NCBI GenBank assembly: GCA_049287205.1
Contig: JBAQFJ010000001.1
Location: forward strand, 639,041-703,040
From: Microgenomates group bacterium
GTDB lineage: Bacteria; Patescibacteriota; Microgenomatia; UBA10105; UBA927
Length of the DNA: 64,000 nt
Direction: 5' to 3'
Below, in pieces: positions 9,762-19,881 of this stretch; positions within the stretch are counted from its first letter, which is position 1, and the number at the start of each line of letters is the position of its first letter. The notes below the pieces were generated by a model. It saw only the letters and a list, made by a program, of their open reading frames with translations. It did no database searches and was not told the origin of the DNA. Position numbers and translations under genes: made by a program.

Positions 9762-10508
9762 TCAAATTTGAATTTTAGTGAATAAATATGCGCCCAGTGA
9801 AAGCATTCCAAACATTACAATACCGAGCACGACCACATCAAGACCTAATCCAAAATGTGTAACACCGGTAAATGCTCCCCGCATGCCATCAACTGCGTAG
9901 CTCAATGGGTTAATGCGAATGATATTTCCCAGTGCTTTTGGTAAATTGTCCAGTGGAAATAACGCTCCGGAAAGAAAAAATAATGGTTGAACCAAAAAAT
10001 TCATGATCGTTTGAAATCCGTGCGGGTCATCTAGTTTTGATGCAATTGCTATACCAAAAGCCGTAAAGATGATTGAGGTAACTAGCATGATGATAAATCC
10101 CAACAAAATTCCCAACCCACTTACCGGATGAAATCCAACCATTAATGCTACGAAGAAAACAACACACCCTTGTAAAAATGCAACTGTTGCACCGCCAAGT
10201 GTTCGACCAAGCATAATCTGATATCGAGATACTGGAGCCACAAGGGTTTCTTTTAAAAAACCAAATTGTCTATCCCAAATAATTTCCATGCCGGAAAATA
10301 TGGATGTAAACAGCACGCTCATCGCGATAATGCCCGGTGCCAAAAATTGGATGTAACTTCCCCCACCTGCTTTTTCAAATATAGATCCGAATCCAAAACC
10401 AAGGGCAAGAAGAAACATGAGGGGCTGTACAACAGAACCGATAATTCTGGACTTTGACCGGACAAATCGTTTAATCTGCCTCAACCAAAGAATATATATT
10501 ATCTTCAT
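9762..10508 (-). CDS. ABC-2 type transporter permease
   Basis: Six predicted TM segments. It overlaps the upstream ABC ATPase gene by 4 nt. Confidence 0.8.
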   Translation of the reverse strand: MKIIYILWLRQIKRFVRSKSRIIGSVVQPLMFLLALGFGFGSIFEKAGGGSYIQFLAPGIIAMSVLFTSIFSGMEIIWDRQFGFLKETLVAPVSRYQIMLGRTLGGATVAFLQGCVVFFVALMVGFHPVSGLGILLGFIIMLVTSIIFTAFGIAIASKLDDPHGFQTIMNFLVQPLFFLSGALFPLDNLPKALGNIIRINPLSYAVDGMRGAFTGVTHFGLGLDVVVLGIVMFGMLSLGAYLFTKIQI

Positions 10509-11317
10509 CTTCCCCTCCTAATCATGCGTATCTGCTCACGCATCTGATCACCTTTACCCAACTCTTCCTCCCGAATTTCATGTCCTGTCAACGAAAGAAA
10601 GGCGTCTTCAAGCGTTTTTGTTTTTGTGAGTTCCTTTAGTTCCCCAGGTGTCCCCTGCGCAATAATAATTCCGTGATCAATAATTGCAACGCGGCCTGCG
10701 ACTTTTTCTGCCTCTTCAATATAATGCGTCGTCAAGAAAACAGTAATACCTTCTTTTTTGTTGAGTGCTGTTATATATTCCCACATATGTTTTCTGGTTT
10801 GCGGATCAAGACCGATACTTGGTTCGTCCAAAAAGAAAACCTTTGGATGATGGAGAAGTCCTCTTGCAATTTCAAGCCGACGTTTCATACCACCTGAAAA
10901 TGTTTTGACAATATCATCTTTCCGATCCCATAATTCAACGATATTAAGAAGTTCTTGTATTCGTTGAATTCGCACAAGTTTTGGAACCCTATACAACATT
11001 CCGTGGAATTCCATATTTTCGTATGCAGTCAGTTCATCATCCAAACTTGAATCCTGAAACACGATGCCAAATGATTTACGGACATCATCCGTTTCTTTGA
11101 CCGGATCAAACCCATTCACTGAGATTGTTCCTGAAGTGGGAGACAGAAGCGTCGTCAGCATTTTAATCGTCGTTGTCTTTCCTGCTCCGTTTGGTCCAAG
11201 AAACGCAAAAACTTCTCCGTGAGTAACAGAAAATGAAATATCGTTTACCGCCACGAAGTCTTTAAATTTTTTTGTAAGATGATCTACGATAATACTCTCA
11301 TCATTCCTATTATTCAT
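10505..11317 (-). CDS. ABC transporter ATP-binding protein (ABC-2 exporter partner)
   Basis: Walker A GPNGAGKTT, signature FSGGMKRRLEIARGL, Walker B FFLDEPSIGLD. Confidence 0.88.
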   Translation of the reverse strand: MNNRNDESIIVDHLTKKFKDFVAVNDISFSVTHGEVFAFLGPNGAGKTTTIKMLTTLLSPTSGTISVNGFDPVKETDDVRKSFGIVFQDSSLDDELTAYENMEFHGMLYRVPKLVRIQRIQELLNIVELWDRKDDIVKTFSGGMKRRLEIARGLLHHPKVFFLDEPSIGLDPQTRKHMWEYITALNKKEGITVFLTTHYIEEAEKVAGRVAIIDHGIIIAQGTPGELKELTKTKTLEDAFLSLTGHEIREEELGKGDQMREQIRMIRRGR

Positions 11318-11375
11318 ATACTTATAAGGTCGAATTTTATAAGATTACGCTTAATTTCTGTAAATACGCTGAAAA

Positions 11376-14072
11376 CTATGACACCTTCGGATAGTGACAT
11401 TTTTTCCACTTCTTCCCAGATCCACACCAGCACGGATCATTGCGTCCTAGTTCTTTTTTCTGACTCACCACGGTTTTCACTACTGTTTCCTCATTTGTCC
11501 TCGCCCGTTTTGCCTCTTTTGTTAATTTTGTCTCAGTCGCCAATACGTTTTCCGTTGGTTTATTTGCACCTGTTACATTCGGAGGCAATTGCACCTGTAC
11601 TTTAAAAATGCGATGCACAATTTCACTGTCGATTGTTGCCATGAGCCGTTCAAACATAGAAAATGCTTCATTCTTATATTCAACCAAAGGATCACGCTGA
11701 CCGTACCCGCGAAGCCCAATTCCTTCCCGAAGGTCATCAATTGCCTCTAGGTGATCCATCCACAAATTATCGATGACTGATAAACTCACCCACCGCTCCA
11801 CTTGCCGCATAATTTCAGGCGTTATCTGTTGTTCTCTCGCTTCATACATGTCCACACTTATTTTTTGGAGCACATCGACAATTTCCCGCTCGGTAAACAA
11901 TGTTTTTATTTGTTCAACTAATCTTGCGATTGACTGCGCGTCAAACGGAATAATTGTTGTAAATTCCTGAATAATTTTTTCATAGGAAATGGTGCCGCCA
12001 TCAATATTCACGGCAACGACCGTTTGCATTTCCGATTCAATATTTTCTAGAATCTTTTTTTTCTGATCTTCTTCCATGAGCGCATGGCGTCTGAGACTAT
12101 AGACAATTTCCCTATGTTTATTTAACACATCGTCATATTCCACCAAGTGTTTCCGACTATCAAAATGAAATCCTTCGACTTTTGTCTGTGCCTGCTCAAT
12201 AGAACGAGACACCATTGGATGCTCTAGTGGAACATCTTCGGGCAATTTAAACACCGTCATCAGTTTGGCAACCTGATCGCCGCCAAACAACCGCATGATG
12301 TCATCTTCGAGTGACACATAAAAACGGGTTGATCCGGGATCACCCTGACGGCCGGAACGACCGCGAAGCTGATTATCAATTCTGCGGCTTTCATGTCTGT
12401 CAGTGCCGATCACATGCAGACCGCCTGCCGCTTTTACTTCATCATGGTGCACGTTCCATTCGGCAACCGCTTTTTCATATGCTTTTTTATCGGCAAACAA
12501 CACTTCTTCCGGTTTTGATCCTCCAAGAATGATGTCGACGCCTCGACCCGCCATATTCGTCGCCACAGTAACCGAACCTTTTTTTCCCGCTTCAGCAATG
12601 ATGAGCGCTTCTTTTAAATGGTTCTTCGCGTTTAACAATTGATGGGGAATTCCCTTATGCGTCAACAAATCTCCAATAATTTCATTTTTTTCAATGGATG
12701 TCGTACCAACTAATACCGGTTGTCCACGTTTATGACATTCCATAATGTCATCCGCAACAGCCATATATTTTGCCCGAGGTGTTTTGTACACACTGTCAGA
12801 GAAGTCCTTCCTTGCCATCTGCCTGTGTGTCGGGATAACAATAACATCAAGATTATAAATCTTTCTAAATTCTTCAGCCTCTGTCGCCGCGGTCCCCGTC
12901 ATACCCGCGAGTTTTTCGTACATACGGAAATAATTCTGCAAAGACACGGTTGCAAGCGTTTTGCTTTCCTGCTGAATCGCAACGCCCTCTTTTGCCTCTA
13001 TTGCCTGATGAATCCCTTCACTAAAACGCCTGCCAACTAAAAGTCTTCCCGTAAATTCATCCACAATGACGACCTGTCCGTCTTTCACGATATATTCTTT
13101 ATCAATCTGGAATAAAGCGCGCGCTTTCAGTGCCGCCTCCAAATGGTGCACAGTTTCGAAATCATCTTCATAAATATTTCCCACGCCCATCATTTTTTCA
13201 ATCTTAGTAATACCAAGATCGGTAAGGTGTGCCGTCCGCATCTTTTCATCAATCACAAAATCGGTAGTCGGTGTCAATTTTTCAATCAGTTTTGCGTATT
13301 CGTAATACCTTTCTGTTGCTTCACTATCGGGAGCAGAAATAATATGCGGAGTTCTTGCCTCATCAATGAGCACTGAATCTACTTCATCAACAACTGCGTA
13401 GTGAAACCCCCGCTGGGTAATCTGTGATGGGTCAGACACCATATTGTCGCGAAGATAATCAAACCCGAATTCACTGTTGATGCCGTATGTAATATCAGCA
13501 GCATATGCATCTTTTCTGGAAATGGGTCTGAGATGTTTGAGTCTCCAGTCATCCGCTTTTTCATCTTCGTACTCAGGGTCATACAAAAATGATTGTTCGG
13601 AAATAATTGCAGACACACTCATGCCAAGCACGTGATAGATTGGCCCCATCCAGCCGGCATCGCGTCTGGCCAGATAATCATTCACCGTCACCAAATGCGC
13701 ACCCCTGCCAGTGAGAGCGTTCAAATACAATGCCGGAATTGCAGACAGTGTTTTTCCTTCTCCTGTTTTTTGTTCAGCCACTTTCCCAAAATGAAGCGCT
13801 GCTGAAGCGATGAGTTGCACATCATAATGCCGCTCGCCGATCGTTCTGTCAGATGCTTCCCGCACCAAAGCAAACGCGACGGGTAAAATATCATCAAGCG
13901 TCGCTCCTGCCGCGAGTTTTGCTTTAAGTTCCGCTGTTTTTTTAACGAAATCCGCTGTTGTAAGCTTATGCATTTCATCGCCTAACATATTTACTGTTTC
14001 GACGATCACACGGAGCCGTTTAATTTCTTTTTCGTTGCTGTCCAGTAATTTTCCAATGAAGCTTAGCATCAC
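11376..14072 (-). CDS. secA: Preprotein translocase ATPase SecA with a C-terminal zinc-binding tail
   Basis: 898 aa. Full-length similarity to SecA (DEAD motor domains, TGEGKTL). C-terminal CWCGSGKKWKKCH zinc finger. Confidence 0.95.
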   Translation of the reverse strand: MMLSFIGKLLDSNEKEIKRLRVIVETVNMLGDEMHKLTTADFVKKTAELKAKLAAGATLDDILPVAFALVREASDRTIGERHYDVQLIASAALHFGKVAEQKTGEGKTLSAIPALYLNALTGRGAHLVTVNDYLARRDAGWMGPIYHVLGMSVSAIISEQSFLYDPEYEDEKADDWRLKHLRPISRKDAYAADITYGINSEFGFDYLRDNMVSDPSQITQRGFHYAVVDEVDSVLIDEARTPHIISAPDSEATERYYEYAKLIEKLTPTTDFVIDEKMRTAHLTDLGITKIEKMMGVGNIYEDDFETVHHLEAALKARALFQIDKEYIVKDGQVVIVDEFTGRLLVGRRFSEGIHQAIEAKEGVAIQQESKTLATVSLQNYFRMYEKLAGMTGTAATEAEEFRKIYNLDVIVIPTHRQMARKDFSDSVYKTPRAKYMAVADDIMECHKRGQPVLVGTTSIEKNEIIGDLLTHKGIPHQLLNAKNHLKEALIIAEAGKKGSVTVATNMAGRGVDIILGGSKPEEVLFADKKAYEKAVAEWNVHHDEVKAAGGLHVIGTDRHESRRIDNQLRGRSGRQGDPGSTRFYVSLEDDIMRLFGGDQVAKLMTVFKLPEDVPLEHPMVSRSIEQAQTKVEGFHFDSRKHLVEYDDVLNKHREIVYSLRRHALMEEDQKKKILENIESEMQTVVAVNIDGGTISYEKIIQEFTTIIPFDAQSIARLVEQIKTLFTEREIVDVLQKISVDMYEAREQQITPEIMRQVERWVSLSVIDNLWMDHLEAIDDLREGIGLRGYGQRDPLVEYKNEAFSMFERLMATIDSEIVHRIFKVQVQLPPNVTGANKPTENVLATETKLTKEAKRARTNEETVVKTVVSQKKELGRNDPCWCGSGKKWKKCHYPKVS

Positions 14073-14076
14073 CCAA

Positions 14077-14736
14077 TTATACTATGGAACAGAAGAAAAA
14101 TCTGTTTCTGTGTATCACATGATCACGAACTGAAGAAAAACGTTTTTGCAGCGTATCCTTAAATACATCTGCTAGTGTTTCGTATTCCAGTTCCCGCAGA
14201 TAATTGATGACAACATGTCCTTTCAACCCAACTAATGTATGTACCTCTTCAACAAATTTAGGTGTTGTCAAAAATTTCGGCACCACTCTCCCAAAAAACA
14301 AATCAACAATCACCAGATCGTATGATGTTTTTTTCTTCACTTCCTGCCTCACAAAAGCGTTTGCATCTGCATGAACAACATGTAACTTGTCAATACTATC
14401 CAAAGAAAAATATTTTTTCCCGATTTCAATCATCGTTTCATCAATTTCCACTCCTGTAATAGAGGCGTAGGGAAACAAATCGTATAATTTTTGAATAACC
14501 GTTCCGCCTGCGGTTCCTAAAACTAAAATTTTCTTTACTCCTGTAAGTTCTTTAATGCCAAAAGAACCAAGCGCCGCATTCCACAGTACATCAATATACC
14601 TTCCTGATTGTGGAGACCCGTTTACCAGAAGTTTTCTTTTACCCCCGCCTTCATCATTAATCCGGATATACGTGTTAAACGGCGTACGAAATTCCGCAAT
14701 TTTTTGGGGAATAATATATGCAAGCAATCGTTTCAT
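14077..14736 (-). CDS. Spermidine-synthase-like class I methyltransferase-fold protein
   Basis: Rossmann-like VLVLGTAGGTVIQKL...VEID. Resembles short polyamine aminopropyltransferase-like proteins. Confidence 0.5.
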   Translation of the reverse strand: MKRLLAYIIPQKIAEFRTPFNTYIRINDEGGGKRKLLVNGSPQSGRYIDVLWNAALGSFGIKELTGVKKILVLGTAGGTVIQKLYDLFPYASITGVEIDETMIEIGKKYFSLDSIDKLHVVHADANAFVRQEVKKKTSYDLVIVDLFFGRVVPKFLTTPKFVEEVHTLVGLKGHVVINYLRELEYETLADVFKDTLQKRFSSVRDHVIHRNRFFFCSIV

Positions 14737-15977
14737 CGAGAAATCACTTCTTTTCCAACAAATGGAACGAGTACATCAGGCACCCTGATTGATCCGTCTT
14801 TTTGTTGATAATTTTCGAGTATCGGAATCAAAATCCTTGGCGACGCAATAGCAGTATTATTTAATGTATGACAAAATTTGGTTTTACCATCTTTTGCACG
14901 ATATCGAATTTTCAGCCGTCTTGCCTGAAAATCTCCCATAAATGAATCTGACATCGTTTCCCCGTACGCTCCTCTTGATGGCATCCACGTCTCAATATCA
15001 TACTTTTTCACCTGAGGTTCTCCCATATCACCTGTGCACATAGAAAGCACCCGATACGGCAATTTGAGATCCTGAAGAATTTCCTCAGAATTGGCCAATA
15101 ATTCCTCAAGAAGAGTAAGAGAATTACTCATATCCGCAGTTGTGATAATTAATTGTTCAATCTTATTAAATTGGTGCACTCTATACGCCCCTTTGGTATC
15201 TTTTCCATAACTTCCCGCTTCTCTTCTAAAACAGGGGGAAAATGCAACAAATTTCTTCGGTAATTCTGTTTCCTGCAGGATTTCATCACTAAAATAAGAA
15301 GTGACCGGAACTTCAGCAGTTCCAGCTAAGTACAAATCATCTTTTTCCAAGTGATACACTTCATCCCGTCCCCAAGGAAATTGTGCGTTTCCAAACAACG
15401 TAAATTCTTTGACTAGTGAGGGCGCCATCATTGGGGTATACCCTTTTTTGACAAGTTTTTGGAGCGAATACTGTAATATGCCGAATTCCAAAAGCACCGC
15501 CTCGTTTTTCAAAAAATATGCGCGGCTCCCGCCGACTTTTGCTCCCCGCTCAAAATCCATTAAATCCAGTGTGCGCGCAAGCTCCATATGATCTTTGATA
15601 CCAAAATCAAAAATCGGCTCTTTTCCAAAGCGACGCACTTCAACATTTTCCGAACTATCTTTTCCAACAGGGACGCTCACATCCGGCACATTGGGAACCG
15701 TCATCAAAAGCATTTGTAATTCTTCTTCAACAGACCGCAGCTCGTCTTCCAGTCCCTTGAGAGATTCCTTTAGCTGCCGTCCTTCGCCTTTCGCAGCTTC
15801 TGTTTGCAATTTTGCAATTTCGTTTCGTTTTGCCCGAAGATCATCAACAGATTTTGTAAGTCTTCGTCTCGTTTCATCAAGCGCCAATAATTTTTCCCAA
15901 TCTACAACTCGATTTTTGTTGACCGCGGCTTTTTTGCAAAGATCTAAATTATCCTTGATAAAATTAATATCTAACAT
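14733..15977 (-). CDS. serS: Serine--tRNA ligase
   Basis: N-terminal coiled-coil arm plus a class II catalytic core; 414 aa. Confidence 0.93.
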   Translation of the reverse strand: MLDINFIKDNLDLCKKAAVNKNRVVDWEKLLALDETRRRLTKSVDDLRAKRNEIAKLQTEAAKGEGRQLKESLKGLEDELRSVEEELQMLLMTVPNVPDVSVPVGKDSSENVEVRRFGKEPIFDFGIKDHMELARTLDLMDFERGAKVGGSRAYFLKNEAVLLEFGILQYSLQKLVKKGYTPMMAPSLVKEFTLFGNAQFPWGRDEVYHLEKDDLYLAGTAEVPVTSYFSDEILQETELPKKFVAFSPCFRREAGSYGKDTKGAYRVHQFNKIEQLIITTADMSNSLTLLEELLANSEEILQDLKLPYRVLSMCTGDMGEPQVKKYDIETWMPSRGAYGETMSDSFMGDFQARRLKIRYRAKDGKTKFCHTLNNTAIASPRILIPILENYQQKDGSIRVPDVLVPFVGKEVISR

Positions 15978-16585
15978 AGTGTTTGTTGAATGACAGCTTT
16001 CAGTTCTTCAACAGCCTGTCTCCTATGATTATACGTTTTGTTCTCTTCGTCGGTCAATTCTTCATGATTATAAAACTTCTGTATTTCCGGCAAGTATAAT
16101 AATGACCTGTACGGAAAACCTTTTCTCCTGTATGACGATGCTTCAAATGGAATTTCCCCTTTAACCAGCGCTTCACTCATCCACGTTTTTCCATCGGGGA
16201 CAGCAAAAACTAATACCAAATGCAGTTGCGCACCCCGTTTTTCTTTAGGAATTCCTTTCAAACGCAACAGTACATGGTGTATTAATTCTTCATCTTCGTC
16301 TTCCCTATCTCCATGAATCCATCTGTGAGAATGTACTCCCGGTTCGCCGCCTAACGCTTCAATTTCAAACCCGCCATCATCAGCTAACGTTGGAAGACCT
16401 GAAATAGCTGCATACCCTGAAGCTTTTATTCGTGCATTTTCTTCGAATGTTTCACCCGTTTCCTCCACAGTCGCCGTGATACCGATATCTCGAAGGGTGA
16501 CTAACTCTACTGGCACATCTGAAAGAAATTCCTGAAATTCCGCAAGTTTTCCCGGATTAGTTGTCGCGATAAGAAGTTTTTTCAT
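15971..16585 (-). CDS. rdgB: Non-canonical purine NTP pyrophosphatase (RdgB/HAM1 family)
   Basis: Start MKKLLIATTNPGKLAEF. 204 aa, the typical length. Confidence 0.85.
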   Translation of the reverse strand: MKKLLIATTNPGKLAEFQEFLSDVPVELVTLRDIGITATVEETGETFEENARIKASGYAAISGLPTLADDGGFEIEALGGEPGVHSHRWIHGDREDEDEELIHHVLLRLKGIPKEKRGAQLHLVLVFAVPDGKTWMSEALVKGEIPFEASSYRRKGFPYRSLLYLPEIQKFYNHEELTDEENKTYNHRRQAVEELKAVIQQTLC

Positions 16586-18696
16586 TATAATCCTAATTCA
16601 CTTGCAATCTGTTGCACCGTCACAAGTCCGAGGTCCAAAAATTCATCAATAGGAATGCCAAGTTGTTCGCATTCTTTAATAATCTCCCGATTGCATCCCG
16701 CTGCAAATTTTGCTGTAGCAAATTTTTTCTTGAGTGATTCCAATTTGACAGACGCAAGTTTTTTATCCGGCTGTACCATGGCGCATGCAATAATAAGACC
16801 TGTCAGTGTTTCAGATGCTGCAAGCGCATGTTGAATAACAGTTGACCGTTTTTTATCTTTAAACGCCTCAAATCCATACACATGTGATTGTATTGTTTCA
16901 ATGAAAAAATCTGATCCACCTGCTTTTTTAAGAATGTCAGCGGCAAGCACCCCATGTTTTATTGTCTCTGATTTTGTCTGTTCCCAATCAATATCATGCA
17001 ACAGTCCGATAATTCCCCATGTCGTTTCGTCATATCCCAGTCGTTTGGCAACTGCCTGCATAATCACTTCAGACTCCCGACAATGCATGCGGGTTATGGG
17101 ATCTTTAATGTGTTCTTCCAACAGTACCTGTGCTGATTTTCTATCAATGCCAATATCTTGCATTACTTCCTTATCACTATGTACCTTTTTAGAAACAACA
17201 GGTTGATGTACAACGGATGCAGTTTCCGGACGAAGGGTTGGAAACAATATGACATCTTTAATGGATTTCTGATCTTCCAAAATAGTGAGTAACCTGTCTA
17301 TTCCCATTCCCCATCCTGCTGTCGGAGGCATACCATATTCAAGCGCGCGAATATAATCTTCATCAAATGATTCAAACTCTTCCTGACCACGTTTTCCAAG
17401 CTCCTCTGATTCACGCCAACGTGCAGCCTGATCCTGCGGATCATTGAGTTCATTATATGCATTGAGAAGTTCTTCCCCCATAACCAAAAGTTGGAACGAT
17501 GCGGTAAATCGCGGATCTTCAGGAAGGCGTTTTGCTAGAGCGACGAACGCAGTCGGCCGTTTCGTTAAATATATTGGGCCGATAAGCTGTGGCCTGACCG
17601 TTGCCTTATACATCGTATCGAGTATTGCTCCATACCCAATAGCACCCGTTACATCAACGTTCAATTTTTTTTCTTTGATCGCGGCGAGTAGTTTTTCTTC
17701 GGTGTCAGCAATTGCAATATCAATACCTGTATATTTCAACACCGCATCCCTATAAGAAATGCGTGGCCATGGCGGGGTAAAATCTAATTTTTGTCCCTGA
17801 TAGGTTATTTTCATTGTTCCTTTGAGTTCTTTCACTAATGAACTCAACATTTTTTCTGTATACTGCATCAAATCTTCATACGTAGCGTACGCCCAATAAA
17901 ATTCAAGCATCGTAAATTCAGGATTATGCTGTCTGCTCATTCCTTCATTTCTAAAATCTTTCCCTATTTCATACACTTTTTCAAATCCACCGACAATCAA
18001 TCGTTTCAAATACAACTCAACAGCAATACGCAGATACAAATCCACATCTAGGGCATTATGATGCGTCACAAAGGGCTTTGCAGATGCCCCGCCGTATAAC
18101 GGTTGAAGCACTGGAGTTTCCACTTCAATAAATCCTTCTGTATCGAGATACTTTCGAAGATATGATATTACTTTAGAACGGGTTTCAAACACTTTTTTCA
18201 CATCCTGATTCATCACAAGATCAACATACCGTTGTCTATACCGATCTTCCACATCAGTTAACCCGTGCCATTCATTTGGAAGTGGTCTGATAGATTTAGA
18301 TAATAAAGAGATGGCGCTTGCAAATACAGACACTTCTCCCGCCTGTGTTTTCCCGACATCACCCGTTACTTTTACGAAGTCGCCCATATCCAAAAGTTCA
18401 ATCAATGAAAAAGAGGCTTCATTTAATACATCCGCTTTGCATACAATTTGCATCCGCTCCGTTGTATCACGAACATCCATGAAAAAAATTTTTCCGTGTC
18501 CACGGATCGCCATAATGCGGCCGGCAATAGTCGCTGACTTCCCTTCCATGTCCCTTGCCGAAGAAATACTTTCTTTTACGACTGTGTCTGCGGGATATCC
18601 GCTCACTCCAAGATCACCAAGTTTTTTTAGCTTATCAAGACGGGTCTTTCGAAGTTCATCGAGTGTTGGCATACCATGTAGTGAAATTTCGACCAT
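16585..18696 (-). CDS. lysS: Lysine--tRNA ligase (class II) fused to a C-terminal HD-domain phosphohydrolase of about 205 aa
   Basis: Residues 1-495 form a LysRS core with the canonical LysS C-terminus DVILFP(T)LRPE. The ORF then continues for about 205 aa with an HD pattern H...HD...H...H...D (MHCRES, GLLHDID, KHG, QSH, QHA). Confidence 0.85.
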   Translation of the reverse strand: MVEISLHGMPTLDELRKTRLDKLKKLGDLGVSGYPADTVVKESISSARDMEGKSATIAGRIMAIRGHGKIFFMDVRDTTERMQIVCKADVLNEASFSLIELLDMGDFVKVTGDVGKTQAGEVSVFASAISLLSKSIRPLPNEWHGLTDVEDRYRQRYVDLVMNQDVKKVFETRSKVISYLRKYLDTEGFIEVETPVLQPLYGGASAKPFVTHHNALDVDLYLRIAVELYLKRLIVGGFEKVYEIGKDFRNEGMSRQHNPEFTMLEFYWAYATYEDLMQYTEKMLSSLVKELKGTMKITYQGQKLDFTPPWPRISYRDAVLKYTGIDIAIADTEEKLLAAIKEKKLNVDVTGAIGYGAILDTMYKATVRPQLIGPIYLTKRPTAFVALAKRLPEDPRFTASFQLLVMGEELLNAYNELNDPQDQAARWRESEELGKRGQEEFESFDEDYIRALEYGMPPTAGWGMGIDRLLTILEDQKSIKDVILFPTLRPETASVVHQPVVSKKVHSDKEVMQDIGIDRKSAQVLLEEHIKDPITRMHCRESEVIMQAVAKRLGYDETTWGIIGLLHDIDWEQTKSETIKHGVLAADILKKAGGSDFFIETIQSHVYGFEAFKDKKRSTVIQHALAASETLTGLIIACAMVQPDKKLASVKLESLKKKFATAKFAAGCNREIIKECEQLGIPIDEFLDLGLVTVQQIASELGL

Positions 18697-18850
18697 TGCC
18701 TTTTATGCGGTCAAAATCTCAATGTCCTTTCATGTACTATTTTTTCTGTTATGCCAATACTCATCTTGAATTCGGGCAATGCGGGAACGCATGTCGAAAT
18801 TCTACTACGTGGCATATGTTTTATTCTATCACAAACACGTGCACATTCGA

Positions 18851-19306
18851 TTACTCAATGGAGACAATCTTATAGAGAATTTTTCCTGCCGGTGCTTCCA
18901 CTTCAGCAGTCTCACCAGCTTTTTTACCCATGAGTGCTTTTCCCAGTGGAGATGAGTGGGAAATTTTCTTATTCATCGGATCCGCTTCCCATTCACCGAC
19001 CAGATGAAAAACATCTTTCACCCCGTTTATGTGGAGGGTTACTTTGCTTCCGACATCAATGTGTGTTTTTCCGTGGCTTGTTACGACTTTAGCACCGTGC
19101 AGTAATTCTTCAAGTTCCGCGATTCTTCCATCAATAAATGAAAGATCTTCTTTTGCATCGGAGTATTCACTATTTTCAGAAAGATCACCATTCTCTCGGG
19201 CTTCAGAAAGTCTGACAACAGCAACAGGGCGCTTTGTTTTCACTAGCTCCTCATATTCCCTTTTCAGTTCTACTAATCCTTCTTTTGTCAAAAGTTGTCG
19301 ATCCAT
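18851..19306 (-). CDS. greA: Transcription elongation factor GreA
   Basis: N-terminal coiled coil, acidic tip ENGDLSENSEY, C-terminal FKBP-like domain. Confidence 0.9.
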   Translation of the reverse strand: MDRQLLTKEGLVELKREYEELVKTKRPVAVVRLSEARENGDLSENSEYSDAKEDLSFIDGRIAELEELLHGAKVVTSHGKTHIDVGSKVTLHINGVKDVFHLVGEWEADPMNKKISHSSPLGKALMGKKAGETAEVEAPAGKILYKIVSIE

Positions 19307-19315
19307 ATTTTGCTT

Positions 19316-19357
19316 AAAAAAAACTTCCTTCAGTCATAAAACTATGGGCCTTGGAAG
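19316..19357 (-). promoter_or_regulatory. Terminator-like hairpin plus U8 in the greA 5' leader, 10 nt upstream of the greA ATG. Possible attenuator or leader sRNA.
   Basis: Reverse strand reads GCUUCC-(24 nt)-GGAAG then UUUUUUUU. There is no upstream co-directional gene within 170 nt. Confidence 0.35.
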
Positions 19358-19478
19358 CGTTAATATTGTGCCATGAATGTCGGGCACAATGGTAAAGTGT
19401 ACTCAACTCTTCTTGTGATGTCAAGTACTTATTGGTACAATAACAGACGTGTTTGCACCATGAAAATGGAGCGACATA

Positions 19479-19552
19479 TGCCCCCATCGTCTAGTGGTCT
19501 AGGACAACGCCTTCTCAAGGCGTAGATCGCCGGTTCGAACCCGGCTGGGGGT
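19479..19552 (+). tRNA. tRNA-Glu (anticodon CTC)
   Basis: Acceptor GCCCCCA/TGGGGGT with G1-U72. D-arm has GG. Anticodon stem ACGCC/GGCGT with loop TTCTCAA. T-arm GCCGG-TTCGAAC-CCGGC. Discriminator A. No encoded CCA. Confidence 0.8.
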
Positions 19553-19612
19553 ACATAATTACTTTATATACCTCAAATTTGATATAATGACTTTGAAAGG
19601 AGACAAACTACT

Positions 19613-19810
19613 ATGAATGGTACAATCAAAACAAAAACAGATAGAGGATTCGGTTTTATAGCTCGCGATGGCGAAACAAAAGACCTTTTCTTTCATTCGA
19701 AAGATTTAGTCGATATTACATTTGATGCGCTTCAAGTCGGAGCAGCAGTCACATTTGATGTTGTTGACGGCGAAAAAGGACCGAGTGCAAAGAACGTTAA
19801 ACTTGTTTAA
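19613..19810 (+). CDS. Cold-shock protein (CspA family)
   Basis: RNP1-like GFGFI motif; 65 aa. Strong SD AAAGGAG. An extended -10 TGaTATAAT lies upstream. Confidence 0.93.
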   Translation: MNGTIKTKTDRGFGFIARDGETKDLFFHSKDLVDITFDALQVGAAVTFDVVDGEKGPSAKNVKLV

Positions 19811-19831
19811 ATAACAATAAACATATTCTTT

Positions 19832-19862
19832 AAAAAAAGTCCCGTTCAGCGGGGCTTTTTTT
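19832..19862 (+). terminator. Intrinsic terminator after the cold-shock gene
   Basis: A-tract, hairpin GTCCCG-ttcag-CGGGGC, then T7. Confidence 0.65.
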
Positions 19863-19881
19863 ATGTTACAATTTCTCATAT

